From: Mobula hypostoma | Taxonomy: Eukaryota | Assembly (NCBI RefSeq): GCF_963921235.1 | Contig: NC_086098.1 | Coordinates: 6,572,001 to 6,636,000, forward strand | DNA: 64,000 nucleotides | Reading direction: 5' to 3' | In this document: one piece after another, positions 1 to 12,480 of the stretch | How positions within the stretch are numbered: the first letter of the stretch is position 1 | How the letters are laid out: each line of letters begins with the position of its first letter | Position numbers and translations under genes: made by a program | Notes under the pieces: generated by a model | Database searches by the model: none | Seen by the model: the letters and a program-made list of their open reading frames with translations, nothing else | What the model was told of the DNA's origin: nothing

Positions 1-248
1 TGGTACGAACGCTAGGAAGTGCTGAGCCCAATGCAGCTTTGACAGTGCCAGTGGGTCGGGACATCAGAGGTCAGTGAAAACTGTGGATTCCAGCTGCCAG
101 GGTCATCTACCGTTCATTACAGACACCCTTTCTGGGCAACCTTTCTTGTGTGACACGGGTACTCAAGTGAGTGGGCTGCTGATGAAAAGCAAAGAGCAAT
201 GAAACCTCACTAGAAACGGCAGCAACTGCAAGATCCAGACTTACGGGA

Positions 249-658
249 CATAGAACATAGAATACTACAGCACAGTACAGGCCCTTCGGCCCACAATGTT
301 GTGCAGACCCTCAAACCCTGCATCCCATATAACCCCCCACCTTAAATTCCTCCATATACCTGTCTAGTAGTCTCTTAAACTTCACTAGTGTATCTGCCTC
401 CACCACTGACTCAGGCAGTGCATTCCACACACCAACCACTCTCTGAGTAAAAAACCTTCCTTTAATATCCCCCTTGAACTTCCCACCCCTTACCTTAAAG
501 CCATGTCCTCTTGTATTGAGCAGTGGTGCCCTGGGGAAGAGGCGCTGGCTATCCACTCTATCTATTCCTCTTATTATCTTGTATACCTCTATCATGTCTC
601 CTCTCATCCTCCTTCTCTCCAAAGAGTAAAGCCCTAGCTCCCTAGCTCCCTAGCCCTA
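249..658 (-). mobile_element. CR1-clade LINE 3' fragment inserted in the Gypsy element
   Basis: ORF2 C-terminus ERRRMRGDMIEVYKI..TRGH..FFTQRVV..WNALP, (TTCTATG)n-type tail, possible TSD GACAT (247-251 / 659-663). Confidence 0.93.
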
Positions 659-1189
659 GACATGATGGGTGACACTCTGCTTCAGTGGGTGACGTTACAC
701 ATGGGTCTTCGTCCTGGATCAAGTGGTTAGACCTCTGCTCGATGCAGATTTCTTGTGTGGCCAAGGTCGATTTTAAAAACTGCCGGCTTGTGGAAGTCAA
801 TGACTTTGGGTTGTTACCCTGCTCCCCCAGTAAGTTCCCCAGAACAATCCTGTCAAACGCATGCACCACTACATGTGAGTTTACTCAATTGCTGGGTGAA
901 TTCCTAAAACTCACCAAGCCCACACTTTTAACTACAGTCACAAAACATGGGATGGAGCACCACATTCCCAGAACTGGCCTGGCAGTCCATGCCCCTGCGC
1001 GAAGACTGGACCCAGAAAAGCTGGCCACTGCAAAGATTGAATTTACCAATATGGAAAGATTCGGCATTGTATGCCAGTCAGATAACCCCTGGGTTTCACC
1101 CCTCCATATAGTCCCTCAGTCCAATGGTGATTACTAACGTCTTAACAAGGCCACCACCCATGATCATTACCCAGTCACATCGACAGATT

Positions 1190-1971
1190 TCAAAGGTTCA
1201 AAGGTCCAAATTAATGTCAGAGAAATTATACAATATACATCCTGAAATGCACTTTCTTCGCAACCATCTATGGAAACAGAGAAGTGCCCCAAAGAATGAA
1301 CGACAGTTAAATGTAAGAACCCCAAAGTGCCCCCCCCCAGCTCCCCTCCCTCCTGGGCGTGAGCGGCAGTGAGCAACAATCCCCCCACCCCCACCAGCAA
1401 AAAAAAAGCATTGGCATCTGTCACCGAGCACTCAAGCGTGAGCAAAGCAACAGCAAAGACACAGACTCACAGTTACCCCAAAGACTTTGCGTTTGACGCG
1501 GTATTTGACATCCCGCAGGTTCTCTCTCTCCCTAATAAGGGAGAAGGTGATGTCTCCGCTTTCCCAGCGAGCGGGGAAACATAAACAACTCGCTGGTTTA
1601 TGATGTTAAAAGTCCTTTACGTTGCTTTTTCTGAGCTCTGCTCCCAAAGACCGCAAAGATCCCGGGTCTTTGGGCCCACAGCAGCAGATTTTCCGACTCC
1701 CCCAATGACACACGGGTCTCCTGCCATGACACTGACCCTCAATCCGCCTGTCTCCAGAGCCCCGAGATCTTAGGCTTCCAAATACGAGCCGGACTCGAAC
1801 CCAGTCCTGAAACCCCAAGAACAGGCCCCATTCCCGCAAAGAACTGAAGTCAGCATGTAACTCCAGGTCAGGGTCTTCAAAAGAACCCCGAAAGAGAAAA
1901 ATAAAGATATTAAAGATGGAAATAGAGCTGATTCCGAAGATGCAAGGAAAGGAGTCGCCGTTTAGCGCCAT
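1190..1971 (-). mobile_element. Non-coding, non-autonomous retroelement with a (TTTGAAC)-type 3' tail, inserted in the Gypsy RT
   Basis: Splits the RT between HYPV.. and ..IFSKV. The minus strand begins GATGGCG and ends with a TTTGAACC-like tail resembling the Rex1-type 3' ends in this window. Confidence 0.65.
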
Positions 1972-3401
1972 CACATTTATCCGGAAGGTTGATTTTTTCC
2001 AAAGTCAATCTAGTTAGGAGCTGCCATCAGGTACCTGTGCACTTGAAGGACATTCCCAAAACAGCTGTGATAACCCTGTTTGGCCTTTTTGAATTTCTGC
2101 ACGTGCCTTTTGGACTGAAAAATGCAGCACAGTCTCTTCGACGGCTAATGGACTCTGTATTAAAAGACGTAGATGTTCTTTTTTTTAACATGGATGCCAT
2201 TCCTGTCACCAGTGCATCCAAATCTGAACACATATCTCATCTCTGCACATTTCTCAAGTGCTTAAACCAACACAGGTTGATCATTAACCCTGCTAAATGC
2301 CAGTTTGGGTTGTCAACCATTGACTTTCTTGGCCATTGCATCTCCACAGATGGTGCGAAACCCCTCCCATCAAAAGTAGCTGTTATTATGGATTTCCCAC
2401 CACCCTACATTACAGAAAAACTGCGGGAGTTTTTAAGTATGGTAAATTTCTATCACTGCTTCGTTCCGCGATCTGCGGAACTTATACTCCCCCCTGTATA
2501 ATGCACTTATACCCACAATACCCCCAATCAAGTGCTTGACTGGTCAGCAGACATGACCAGGGCCTTTGATGATACCAAACAAGTTCTTTCTAACGCGACC
2601 CTACCGGTGCACCCACTTCCCAATGCACCCTTAGCCATTACTACTTGGCGTTTCAGATTACGCTGTGGGTTCTGTGCATGAACATTTGGTCAGAAGGCTC
2701 GCCTTCTTCAGTTGACAGCTCCATTCCCCCAAAAGGAAGTACAGCACATTTGATTGTGAGCTTCTCAGTCTCTATCTGGCTGTCGGCCATTCATCAGCAC
2801 CTTGGTTGTTCAGTTTGGCATCTCATCTGACAATTCCTTTGACTGGGATCCCCAATTTATTTCAGATCTCTGGGCTGTGATGGCCCAGAACCTCAGTGTT
2901 AGGGTACTTCACACTACGGCGTATCACACACAGTCAAACGGCCTGTGTGAACGGTTTCGCCACTCCTTAAAGGCTGATCTGAGGGCTTCCCTGATGGACA
3001 AGTGTTGGCATGATCATCTCCTGCGGGTCCTGCTGGGGCTCAGAGCAGCTCCAGAAGAGGACCTGTAATCCTCTGTGGAAGAGTTGGTATATGGGCAGCC
3101 GTTATGAGTGGTAGGTGATCTCATCCCTGACTGATCATCCTCTCAAAAGTGTTCCACGCTCCTCAGTAAATTCAATTCCTCTTTACTGATCCCTACCTCC
3201 CATCAGGGTGTACATCACTCTTGGGCTCCTGTTCCGCCTCAATTTTGTTGTCCAACATGATGCACACCAACATCCCCTTAGGCCCTCTTACAATGGCTTG
3301 TCCCGCATTGTGCAATGGGGAGAAAAGACTTTTATCAGAGGCAAGAGGGGTAAACCTGATCGTATTTCAGTAGATCACCTAAACCACCCCTCCAGGATTT
3401 G

Positions 3402-3908
3402 TCCAGTTCTGGTCGCCTCACTATAGGAAGGATGTGGAAGCATTGGAAAGGGTACAGAGGAGATTTACCAGGACGCTGCCTGGTTTAGAGAGTATGCATT
3501 ATGATCAGAGATTAAGGGAGCTAGGGCTTTACTCTTTGGAGAGAAGGAGGATGAGAGGAGACATGATAGAGGTGTACAAGATAATAAGAGGAATAGATAG
3601 AGTGGATAGCCAGCGCCTCTTCCCCAGGACACCACTGCTCAATACAAGAGGACATGGCTTTAAGGTAAGGGGTGGGAAGTTCAAGGGGGATATTAGAGGA
3701 AGGTTTTTTACTCAGAGAGTGGTTGGTGCGTAGAATGCACTGCCTGAGTCAGTGGTGGAGGCAGATACACTAGTGAAGTTTAAGAGACTACTAGACAGGT
3801 ATATGGAGGAATTTAAGGTGGGGGGTTATATGGGATGCAGGGTTTGAGGGTCGGCACAACATTGTGGGCCGAAGGGCCTGTACTGTGCTGTACTATTCTA
3901 TGTTCTAT
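3402..3908 (+). mobile_element. CR1-clade LINE 3' fragment inserted in the Gypsy integrase C-terminus
   Basis: ORF 3434-3733 is CR1 ORF2 C-terminus, tail TTCTATGTTCTATG, TSD GATTTG (3396-3401 / 3909-3914). Confidence 0.95.
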
Positions 3909-4090
3909 GATTTGGAGTATTCCGCTGCCATGCCCCGGCATCACATGACCGCGAGCGTGTCAGCACACCTGTGGGTGAGCCAGTGGCACGACGGTCCCTG
4001 CACCCATGGAACACAGGAGCCAAGCCGGGCGGTTCATCTCAGCTCCAGACGGGAGCACAATACCAGATTCAGTGAGTTCTGGGGGACCGG

Positions 4091-4302
4091 TGTTGGGGAA
4101 TATAATTGATAGAAATGTACATAGTTCACAACCACCGACATTCAGTTGGGCATTTGCTTTAAGAGGCTGATCTGATGAGATGATGTTATTATGTAAAGAT
4201 CTTAACATGCTTTTATGTTCAGGTTTAGTAGTTCAATAAAATGTGTTATGGGTTTCATTCAACATAAAACGCCTCACTTCGTTCTATTTGTTAAAACCTA
4301 CA
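4091..4302 (+). repeat. 3' LTR of the Gypsy element
   Basis: Follows the purine-rich tract GGGGGACCGG (4081-4090), begins TGT, ends ACA, and contains AATAAA at 4235. Confidence 0.7.
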
Positions 4303-4327
4303 TTGTTGTCACCAAGCAACACATTTC

Positions 4328-6590
4328 TATTTTATTTAGAGATCCTGCACAGTAACAGGCTTTCTGACCCAGCAACACCATGACACCCATTAACTCAATT
4401 AACCTACTAACCCGCAGAGATCCAGAATATGGGGAGAGTATACAGAGCACCCAGAGTGAACTCACACTGTCACGGGGAGAGTGTACAGAGCACCCAGACT
4501 GAACTCACACTGTCACGGGGAGAGTGTACAGATCACCCAGAGTGAACTCACTCTGTCGTGGGGAGAGTGTACAGAGCACCCAGAGTGAACTCACACTGTC
4601 AGGGGGAGAGTGTACAGAGCACCCAGACTGAACTCATACTGTCACGGGGAGAGTGTACAGATCACCCAGACTGAACTCACACTGTCACGGGGAGAGTGTA
4701 CAGATCACCCAGACTGAACTCACACTGTCACGGGGAGAGTGTACAGATCACCCAGACTGAACTCACACTGTCACGGGGAGAGTGTACAGAGCACCCAGAC
4801 TGAACTCACTCTGTCGTGGGGAGAGTGTACAGATCACCCAGAGTGAACTCACACTGTCACGGGGAGAGTGTACAGAGCACCCAGACTGAACTCACTCTGT
4901 CGTGGGGAGAGTATACAGAGCACCCAGAGTGAACTCATACTGTCACGGGGAGAGTGTACAGATCACCCAGACTGAACTCACACTGTCATGGGGAGAGTAT
5001 ACAGAGCACCCAGAGTGAACTCATACTGTCACGGGGAGAGTGTACAGAGCACCCAGAGTGAACTCACACTGTCACGGGGAGAGTGTACAGAGCACCCAGA
5101 CTGAACTCACACTGTCACGGGGAGAGTGTACAGATCACCCAGAGTGAACTCACTCTGTCGTGGGGAGAGTGTACAGATCACCCAGAGTGAACTCATACTG
5201 TCACGGGGAGAGTGTACAGATCACCCAGAGTGAACTCACACTGTCACGGGGAGAGTGTACAGATCACCCAGAGTGAACTCACTCTGTCGTGGGGAGAGTA
5301 TACAGAGCACCCAGACTGAACTCACTCTGTCGTGGGGAGAGTGTACAGATCACCCAGAGTGAACTCATACTGTCACGGGGAGAGTGTACAGATCACCCAG
5401 AGTGAACTCACTCTGTCGTGGGGAGAGTGTACAGATCACCCAGACTGAACTCACACTGTCACGGGGAGAGTGTACAGAGCACCCAGACTGAACTCACTCT
5501 GTCGTGGGGAGAGTGTACAGATCACCCAGACTGAACTCACACTGTCATGGGGAGAGTATACAGAGCACCCAGAGTGAACTCATACTGTCACGGGGAGAGT
5601 GTACAGAGCACACAGACTGAACTCACACCGTCACGGGGAGAGTGTACAGAGCACCCAGACTGAACTCACTCTGTCGTGGGGAGAGTGTACAGATCACCCA
5701 GAGTGAACTCACACTGTCACGGGGAGAGTGTACAGAGCACCCAGACTGAACTCACTCTGTCGTGGGGAGAGTATACAGAGCACCCAGAGTGAACTCATAC
5801 TGTCACGGGGAGAGTGTACAGATCACCCAGACTGAACTCACACTGTCATGGGGAGAGTATACAGAGCACCCAGAGTGAACTCATACTGTCACGGGGAGAG
5901 TGTACAGAGCACACAGACTGAACTCACACTGTCACGGGGAGAGTGTACAGATCACCCAGACTGAACTCACACTGTCACGGGGAGAGTGTACAGAGCACCC
6001 AGACTGAACTCACACTGTCACGGGGAGAGTGTACAGAGCACCCAGAGTGAACTCACACTGTCACGGGGAGAGTGTACAGAGCACCCAGAGTGAACTCACA
6101 CTGTCATGTGGAGAGTGTACAGATCACCCAGAGTGAACTCACACTGTCACGGGGAGAGTGTACAGAGCACCCAGACTGAACTCACTCTGTCGTGGGGAGA
6201 GTGTACAGATCACCCAGAGTGAACTCACACCGTCACGGGGAGAGTGTACAGAGCACCCAGACTGAACTCACACTGTTGTGGGGAGAGTGTACAGAGCACC
6301 CAGAGTGAACTCACACCGTCACGGGGAGAGTGTACAGAGCACCCAGACTGAACTCACTCTGTCGTGGGGAGAGTGTACAGATCACCCAGAGTGAACTCAC
6401 ACTGTCACGGGCAGAGTGTACAGAGCACCCAGACTGAACTCACTCTGTCGTGGGGAGAGTACAGAGCACCCAGAGTGAACTCGCACTGTCATGTGGAGAG
6501 TGTACAGACCCCTTACAGGCAGCGGTGAGAATTGAACCAGGGTCACTGGAGCAGTACTAGCGTTACACTAACTACTACATTACCATACCC
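4328..6590 (-). mobile_element. V-SINE/HE1-type SINE whose central part has expanded into a tandem array
   Basis: SINE tail at about 4328-4430 and tRNA-like head with B-box (GGTTCAATTC on the minus strand, about 6529-6538) flank the array. Confidence 0.75.
4431..6508. repeat. 43-bp minisatellite, about 48 copies
   Basis: Unit GAGCACCCAGAGTGAACTCACACTGTCACGGGGAGAGTGTACA repeated head-to-tail, with a few dimorphic positions and no spacers. Confidence 0.98.
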
Positions 6591-6659
6591 CCCTATTTCA
6601 TGACATACTGTATGTCAGTGATGATAAATCTGATCTCAAAATATTTTAAATTATTTAGC

Positions 6660-6942
6660 TATGGTGCAGTATGGTAGCGCTTACAGTACTGGCAACACAG
6701 GTTCAATTCCCAACACTGACTGTGAGGAGCTTGTATGTGCTCCCCGTGAGCGCGTTGGTTTCCTCTGGGTGCTCCAGCTTCCTCCCACAGTCCAAAGACA
6801 TACCAGCTGGTACATTCATTGGATGTTGTAAATTGTCCCGCGATTAGGCTGTCGTTAATTTGGTGGGTTTCTCTGCGGCGCAGCTCGAAGGACCACAAGG
6901 GCCTACTCCTACTCTGCGCTGAATGTCAATAAGTAAATAAAT
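6660..6942 (+). mobile_element. V-SINE/HE1-type tRNA-derived SINE
   Basis: B-box GGTTCAATTCC, V-domain-like GGTTTCCTCTGGGTGCTCCAGCTTCCTCCCACAGTCCAAAGAC, AAAT tail. Confidence 0.85.
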
Positions 6943-6999
6943 TGAAATAAGTGTTTGCCCCTGTGTTTCAGAAAGCCAATGCAGTTGAATAGTTAATCT

Positions 7000-7205
7000 T
7001 TCCATTCTCCCATGGTCCTCTCTTCTCCAATCAGATTCCTTCTTCTTCAGTGCTTTCTTTTCCACCTATCACTGCCCAGTTTCTCACTTCATCCCTCCCT
7101 CCCCTACCCACCCTCATTCCCCCTCACTTATCACCTGCCAGTTTGTACACCTTCCCCTGCCCCACTTTCTTATTCTGGCTTCTGCCCCCTAACTCTCCAG
7201 TCCTG
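7000..7205 (+). mobile_element. Penelope 3' region fragment
   Basis: Pyrimidine-rich segment matching the reverse complement of 32225-32410. It stops at CCAGTCCTG, where the ribozyme core would begin. Confidence 0.65.
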
Positions 7206-7476
7206 GTTGTTTTATCTGTGCCAGCAGTGATCCAGAACCTTCTCTGTGTATCTGCAGGGTAGCAAAGTGAAATTTAAGCACTGTCCTTTCTGCTGATTCA
7301 GCAGTGACTACAAAGTGAGGAGATAGTACCCTTGCCATCTCTCCACGTTATCACCCGTGACTGAGTAGTTAGTGGAAGTGGACCGATCTGAGTTGCATGT
7401 GAAAACGTGCTCATTGAGAGACAGCACCATCACAATATGATGGTAAAATATGAAAGGAAATGCAAATGTTTGGTCA

Positions 7477-8030
7477 TTTCAAAGATTCAGAGTACAATTA
7501 TTATTAAAGTATGTAAACAGAATACGATACAGAGGTTCATCCTCGGGCAGGCAGCCAGGAAACAGAGAAACTACACAGAACCACTTCAAGTGAGGGTGAA
7601 ACACCCAACATGTGAAAAACAATAAACTGAGTAAATGGCAAAAAGCAAGCGAACGACACAGAGAATATTAAACATCAAGGCAGTAGTGTTCAGTTTAGTT
7701 CAGCTCAGTGCCATGCTGCTAGCCAATACAGTCACAGGCTCAGTCTTCGCCGAGGTGCCCCGGTCCGCGTCGATTACCCTGATCAAATCTCTCAGGAACT
7801 GCAAAGAGAATAGAGAGTAACCAGAATCCAGGAACACACGCAACGTGAACCTCAAGGTCCCCCGAAATGAGTCCAGAGCCAGGTCGATCTGTCATGACAA
7901 TGTGGATCCCGAGGCTTCTGCACCTTCCTCTGGCTGCAGCGAGCGGGAGGGAGAGGGAGATCAGTCAAACCCAGGCAGACTGCGACCGCGCCAAGCACCT
8001 GCCGTCTCAATTTAAACGTTTGATTAAGGA
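7477..8030 (-). mobile_element. Non-autonomous retroelement with a Rex1-like 3' tail
   Basis: Tail TTTCAAAGATTCAGAGTAC..TTATT..AAAGTATG is shared with 9913-10730, 30210-30900 and 51480-52285. The 5' boundary is uncertain. Confidence 0.5.
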
Positions 8031-8139
8031 ATGTAGTGTAAATACTTCATTGACTGTAGCATAATGGACAATTTGGCTAAGAATATCCTATTGCAGGTCA
8101 TTTGACTAAGCAGCATTATGTAATAGATTATCTGAGAAT

Positions 8140-8465
8140 ACAGAACAGAGAAAGTTACAGCACCATATAGGCCCTTAGCCCTTAGCCAGACTTTAAAACT
8201 TCTCTGAGGTCAATCCAACAGTTCTGTCCCACATAGCCATCCATCGTCTATCATCCAGGTGCCTAAATACAAGTCTCTTCGATGTTCCCAGCACTACCCA
8301 TACACCCGCCACTCTCTGTATAAAATGAAACTATCTCTGACTTCCCATACCCATGTTTTCCTCCTATCACCTTAAGGGTATATCCTCTTGTGTTAGCCCC
8401 TTCTGCCCCGAGATAAATATCTCCAGCTGTCCACTCGAGATACGCTTCTCATCATCTTGTATACG
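8140..8465 (-). mobile_element. Old CR1 3' fragment
   Basis: Degenerate match to the CR1 3' ends at 249-658. Confidence 0.65.
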
Positions 8466-8616
8466 AACGATTAAAATTGTATACATTAACACTTAAGGCA
8501 GGCCATAAGTTAGACTGGGTTCCATTCCTGAGACCTCAGCCAGCTCCATCACAGGCAGTAGTCTTCCCACCATCCAGGGCATCTTCAAATGCCTCAAGAA
8601 GATGGCATCCATCAGC

Positions 8617-8982
8617 CAGACGGGGTGGTTAGAACATCTCAAAAACTGCTGGTATCCTGAGATTTTCAGCAACAACAGTCTTAGAGTTTAAAGAGAATGG
8701 TGTGAAAAACAAAATGAAAAATCCAGAGAGCGGCAGTTCTGTGGATGTTGTTAATGAGAGAGGTCAGAGGAGAACGGACAGACTGGTTCAAGCTGACAGG
8801 GAGGCGGTAATAACTCAAATAACCGCACATGACAACAGTGGCGTGCAAAAGAGCATCTCTGAATGCCCAAACACATCAATCCTTGATGTGGATGGGCTAC
8901 GGCAGCAGAAGATCATGAACATACATTCAGTGGTCACTGTATTAGGAACAGGAAATATCTACTAAACTGGCCACTGAGAGTG
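8617..8982 (+). mobile_element. Truncated short Tc1-family element
   Basis: ORF 8702 RGQRRTDRLVQADR..ITQITA..NSGVQKSISE is Tc1 transposase N-terminal sequence. The end is palindromic, like 10843-10900. Confidence 0.8.
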
Positions 8983-9687
8983 CATAAAATCAGAATTACA
9001 AATTATATCAGCAATGTGGAATTTAGATTTAAGTAATCGTTTCCATGTTAACGGCACTTTCTTGTCATTTTGATGGATAGATTATGTTTCAAATAGTTTT
9101 AAATGCATTTGCAGAGAGGTAATGTGCACAAATCATTTGTGGAAAATCCTTAATATCACTGTTGTTGCACTGTGCTATAAATGATGGATCTGATCAATAT
9201 GTGCAGGAGCTAATTACTAATCTCAGTGAATCAGTTTTGCATTGACGGAAACTAAGAATATTCCCCACAATACATTAGGGAATTTGAGCACGTAGGAGAG
9301 CAGGTACTATGCTCGTGTATGTTTTCTAGAGTTTGGAGAATTAAGTGAAATAGCAATTTCTGTCAAACATTCTTGCCAGCAGAAATGTACAATGGAAGTA
9401 AAGCAATTTTCTTAGAAACACTGAGTGGCCACTTTATTAGGTACACCTATATATCTGCTCATTAATACAACTATCTAATTGACCATTATGTGACAGCAAC
9501 TCAGTGCAAAATAGCATGCAGGCATTGTCAAGAGGTTCAGTTGTTGTTCAGACCAGACATCAGAATGGGGAAGAAATGTGCTCTAAGTGATTTTGACCAT
9601 GGAGTGATTGTTGGTGCCAGATAGGGTGGTTTGAGTATCTCAGGAACTACACATCTCCTGGGATTTTCATGCACGACATTCCTAGAG

Positions 9688-9766
9688 CAGGGGTTTCCAA
9701 CCTTCTTTTGTCATGGGCCCCTAGCATTAACCGATGGGTCTGTGGACCCCAGACTGGGAATCTCTA
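9688..9766. mobile_element. hAT/Charlie-type MITE (79 bp)
   Basis: Terminus CAGGGGTTTCCAACC with a degenerate inverted partner. Imperfect 8-bp TSD TCCTAGAG / CTCTAGAG resembles the Charlie TCTAGA target. Confidence 0.75.
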
Positions 9767-9912
9767 CTCTAGAGTTTTTAGAGACTGGTGCAAAAGACAA
9801 AAAACATCCTGTGAGTGGCTCTTTTGAGGGTGAAAATGCCTTGTTAATGATAGAGGTTAGAAGAGAACCACCAGACTGTTTCAAGCTGACAGTAAGATAA
9901 CAGTAGCTCAAA

Positions 9913-10730
9913 GTTCAAAGTATATTTATTATCGAAGTATGTATACATTTTAAAAATGTGAGATTTGTCTCCTTACAGGCAGCCACAAAACAAAGAAACC
10001 CAAAAGAACCCATAAAAAAGATGTGAAATACCCAAGAAAAAACAAATCCTGCAAACAATAAAAGTAAACAAGTAGCATTCAGAACAAAAGTGAGGCCATA
10101 GACTTGCAGGCTGCAGCAGCTGGAGCAGGCCACAGCAGCCTCAGCCTCAGTTCGGCACAGAGCCAAGTAAAGGCTGCAGAGCCTATAGTAGGCCACAGCC
10201 ACAGCCTCAGCTTAGTGCAGAGCAGAGTAAGCATTGCGGAGCAGTAAACAGAACTGGTCCGACCCTTGCCTCTTATCCTGACACCCTGCCTTTTCAATCC
10301 ATCTGGCCATGTATTTAAATCATTCAAACATCGGGCCACTCCCACACTACGACCTCGGCCTATGGCATCAATATGCTTTGGGTCTTGATCCCACCACCAT
10401 GTTTTGGTCCATGCCCGAATTTTCCAAATTGGCCTGGTGCTTAGATCAATCAAACTTTGCTCTCGGTTTAGGAGGGCAGTCCTCGAATCAGCCTCTCCTC
10501 CGCTCCACTCACCCTGACTTTGCCTCAAGCATTCCTCGACCTTGTCTTCACTTCGCCTCACACCTGCACGCTTCAACTCATGATTTCAGCCTCACCCTTA
10601 TTTACGGAGATCTGTTACCAGAAGTTTTACAAGAAAAGTGTTATTAATGAAGCATTTAGCTGTATTCTTTGTTTTGCTTGTCGCCAGTAAGTAGACGCTC
10701 GGCTTCACCAGCATCATTGGAAACCCGAAG
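9913..10730 (-). mobile_element. Non-autonomous retroelement with (ACTTTGA)n tail, inserted in the Tc1 derivative
   Basis: TSD GTAGCTCAAA / GTAACTCAAA (9903-9912 / 10731-10740), no recognisable coding content. Confidence 0.75.
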
Positions 10731-11699
10731 GTAACTCAAATAACCAGTCATTACAACAGTGATGTGCCAAAGATCATCTCTGAACGCACAACACATTGAA
10801 TCTTCAAGTGGATGGGCTACAGCAGCAGAAGACCATGAACAGACACTGAGTGGCTGCTTTATTAGGTACAGAAGGCTGCTAATAAACTTACAACTGGGTG
10901 TATATTAATTTGAATTGTGTTGCACCATTTCCTTCAGAAAAGTAACCAATGAGCAATTGCATGCAGTTATGTAATTGGTCTGCTCTTTGACATCAATGGG
11001 ACACATTCAGATAAGTTTGACAAATCTTCCAATGGCCCCATGATATATCTAGATCAAGTCACATCAAATATAAAGAGCATTATGCAGATCCAGTCCCTCT
11101 GCTTTGAAAATGATGTATCACTTGGAACTCGGGGTTGTCTCGTTAGAATGCTTTTACCTAGTATTAGTGAAAGAGCTTGAGATTTTCTTAGTTTAGCATA
11201 TAAAGGTGATGACAGGAATTACACATTTTACTGAAACATTCCATTATTTACAGGCATCAAATCAGTATAAAATCTTGCCTGCACACAAGTGTAAAAATCA
11301 GCAAAATTAGGAGATGGTGAAAGTATATTGCGATAGGTAATTGGACTTCAAGCAGGAATGTATGTTTCAAACAGAAGTGAGAGAATTACATGTGAAATTG
11401 AAAGGTTTTTGGTGAATTACCTTGGGTTCAATACGTGTCTGTATCTGTAAACAATTATTCTGGATTCTGAAACAATTATAACCTCTGTCTCTGCTTGGGA
11501 GTAGTTGGCAAGAAGTTTGAGTGATTAAGTTCAAAAGCTTTTGAGGAAAGCTAGAAGTTTGTGGGGGTAGGGTGGCCACAAAATTTAGGACACGTGTTTC
11601 TTAATTAAGACAGAAGTGAAGAGTAACTTCTTCCCCGAGACCACTGCAAAGAGTGTATTCAGCAGGCCAGCCGGCATCAGTAAAGAGAGAAGCCAGTTA

Positions 11700-11998
11700 C
11701 AATATCAAGCCCCTTCAACTATCAGACTCCTGAACTACTGAACTGATTCCACAAATTATACACTATCTTTCACAGACTCTACAACTCATGTTCTCAATAT
11801 TTATTATTTTTTATTATTATGTATACTTTTCATATTTGCACATATCTGTTGTCTTTTGGTTATTTGTCACTTTGTGTGGTTTTTCATTGATTCTATTGTG
11901 CTACTTTGTATTTACTGTGAATGAAAAGAAAATGAATCTCAGGGTTGTGCATGGTGACATGTATGTACTTTGATAATAAGTTTACTTTGAACTTTGAT
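11700..11998 (+). mobile_element. Rex1/Babar-type LINE 3' UTR fragment
   Basis: ATGAATCTCAGGGTTGT..GTACTTTGATAATAAGTTTACTTTGAACTTTGA tail, as at the end of the Rex1 copy at 38020-38470. Confidence 0.7.
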
Positions 11999-12261
11999 TC
12001 AGAGATTGTACAGGCCATTATTAAACCTCTATTCTTCTATCCATTGCTTGCAAGATGATCATTTGTGTACCTGTCCTGACTACATGTCATAAATCCTGCA
12101 ATAGATCATTAATGCAGAGAGCAGAGAAACAAACAAATGTTGTCAAACTACATTATAGACCCAAGGCAAATGCTCCACTTGATATGAGTTAAATACAGAG
12201 GTGACATTTCTGCTCAGGCGTTCATAATCTTAGCGTCAACGGCCAACACAGTCTGAGATGT

Positions 12262-12480
12262 GCTGGGGACAGCCCACAAATGTCACCACACTTCTGGTAC
12301 CAGCACAGCATGCTCACTACTTACTAACTGGAAACCGTTCATCTTTGCAATGTGGGAAGAAACTGGAGCAACTGGAGGAAGTCCATGTGGTTACGGTGAG
12401 AATGTACAAACTTGTTGCAGAACTGAACCTGGGTTGCTGGAGTTGTACTGGTGTTAGGCTAACCGCTATGCTCAGTTACC
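12262..12480 (-). mobile_element. V-SINE-type SINE, degenerate
   Basis: TCTTTGCAATGTGGGAAGAAACTGGAGCA.. is the reverse V-domain. Confidence 0.65.

Larger units (their letters stand above)
1..4302 (+). mobile_element. Decayed Gypsy (Ty3) LTR retrotransposon: pol (protease, RT, RNase H, integrase) plus 3' LTR, interrupted by three insertions
   Basis: Protease motif FLCDTGTQVS at about 143-172. RT start PWVSPLHIVP in ORF 685-1137. FSKVNL..HQVPV..KTAVITLFGLFEF..PFGLKNAAQ in ORF 1989-2501. Integrase HTTAYHTQSNGLCERF in ORF 2802-3068. Stops and frameshifts throughout. Confidence 0.92.
9419..10900 (+). mobile_element. Internally deleted Tc1-family element carrying two nested insertions
   Basis: TIR CACTGAGTGGCCACTTTATTAGGTAC, transposase start MGKKCALSDFDHGVIVGAR, 3' TA at 10901. 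Confidence 0.85.

Noticed and set aside
4431..6508. CRISPR array
   Set aside because: The units are contiguous with no unique spacers, there are no cas genes, the context is eukaryotic, and the unit derives from a SINE.
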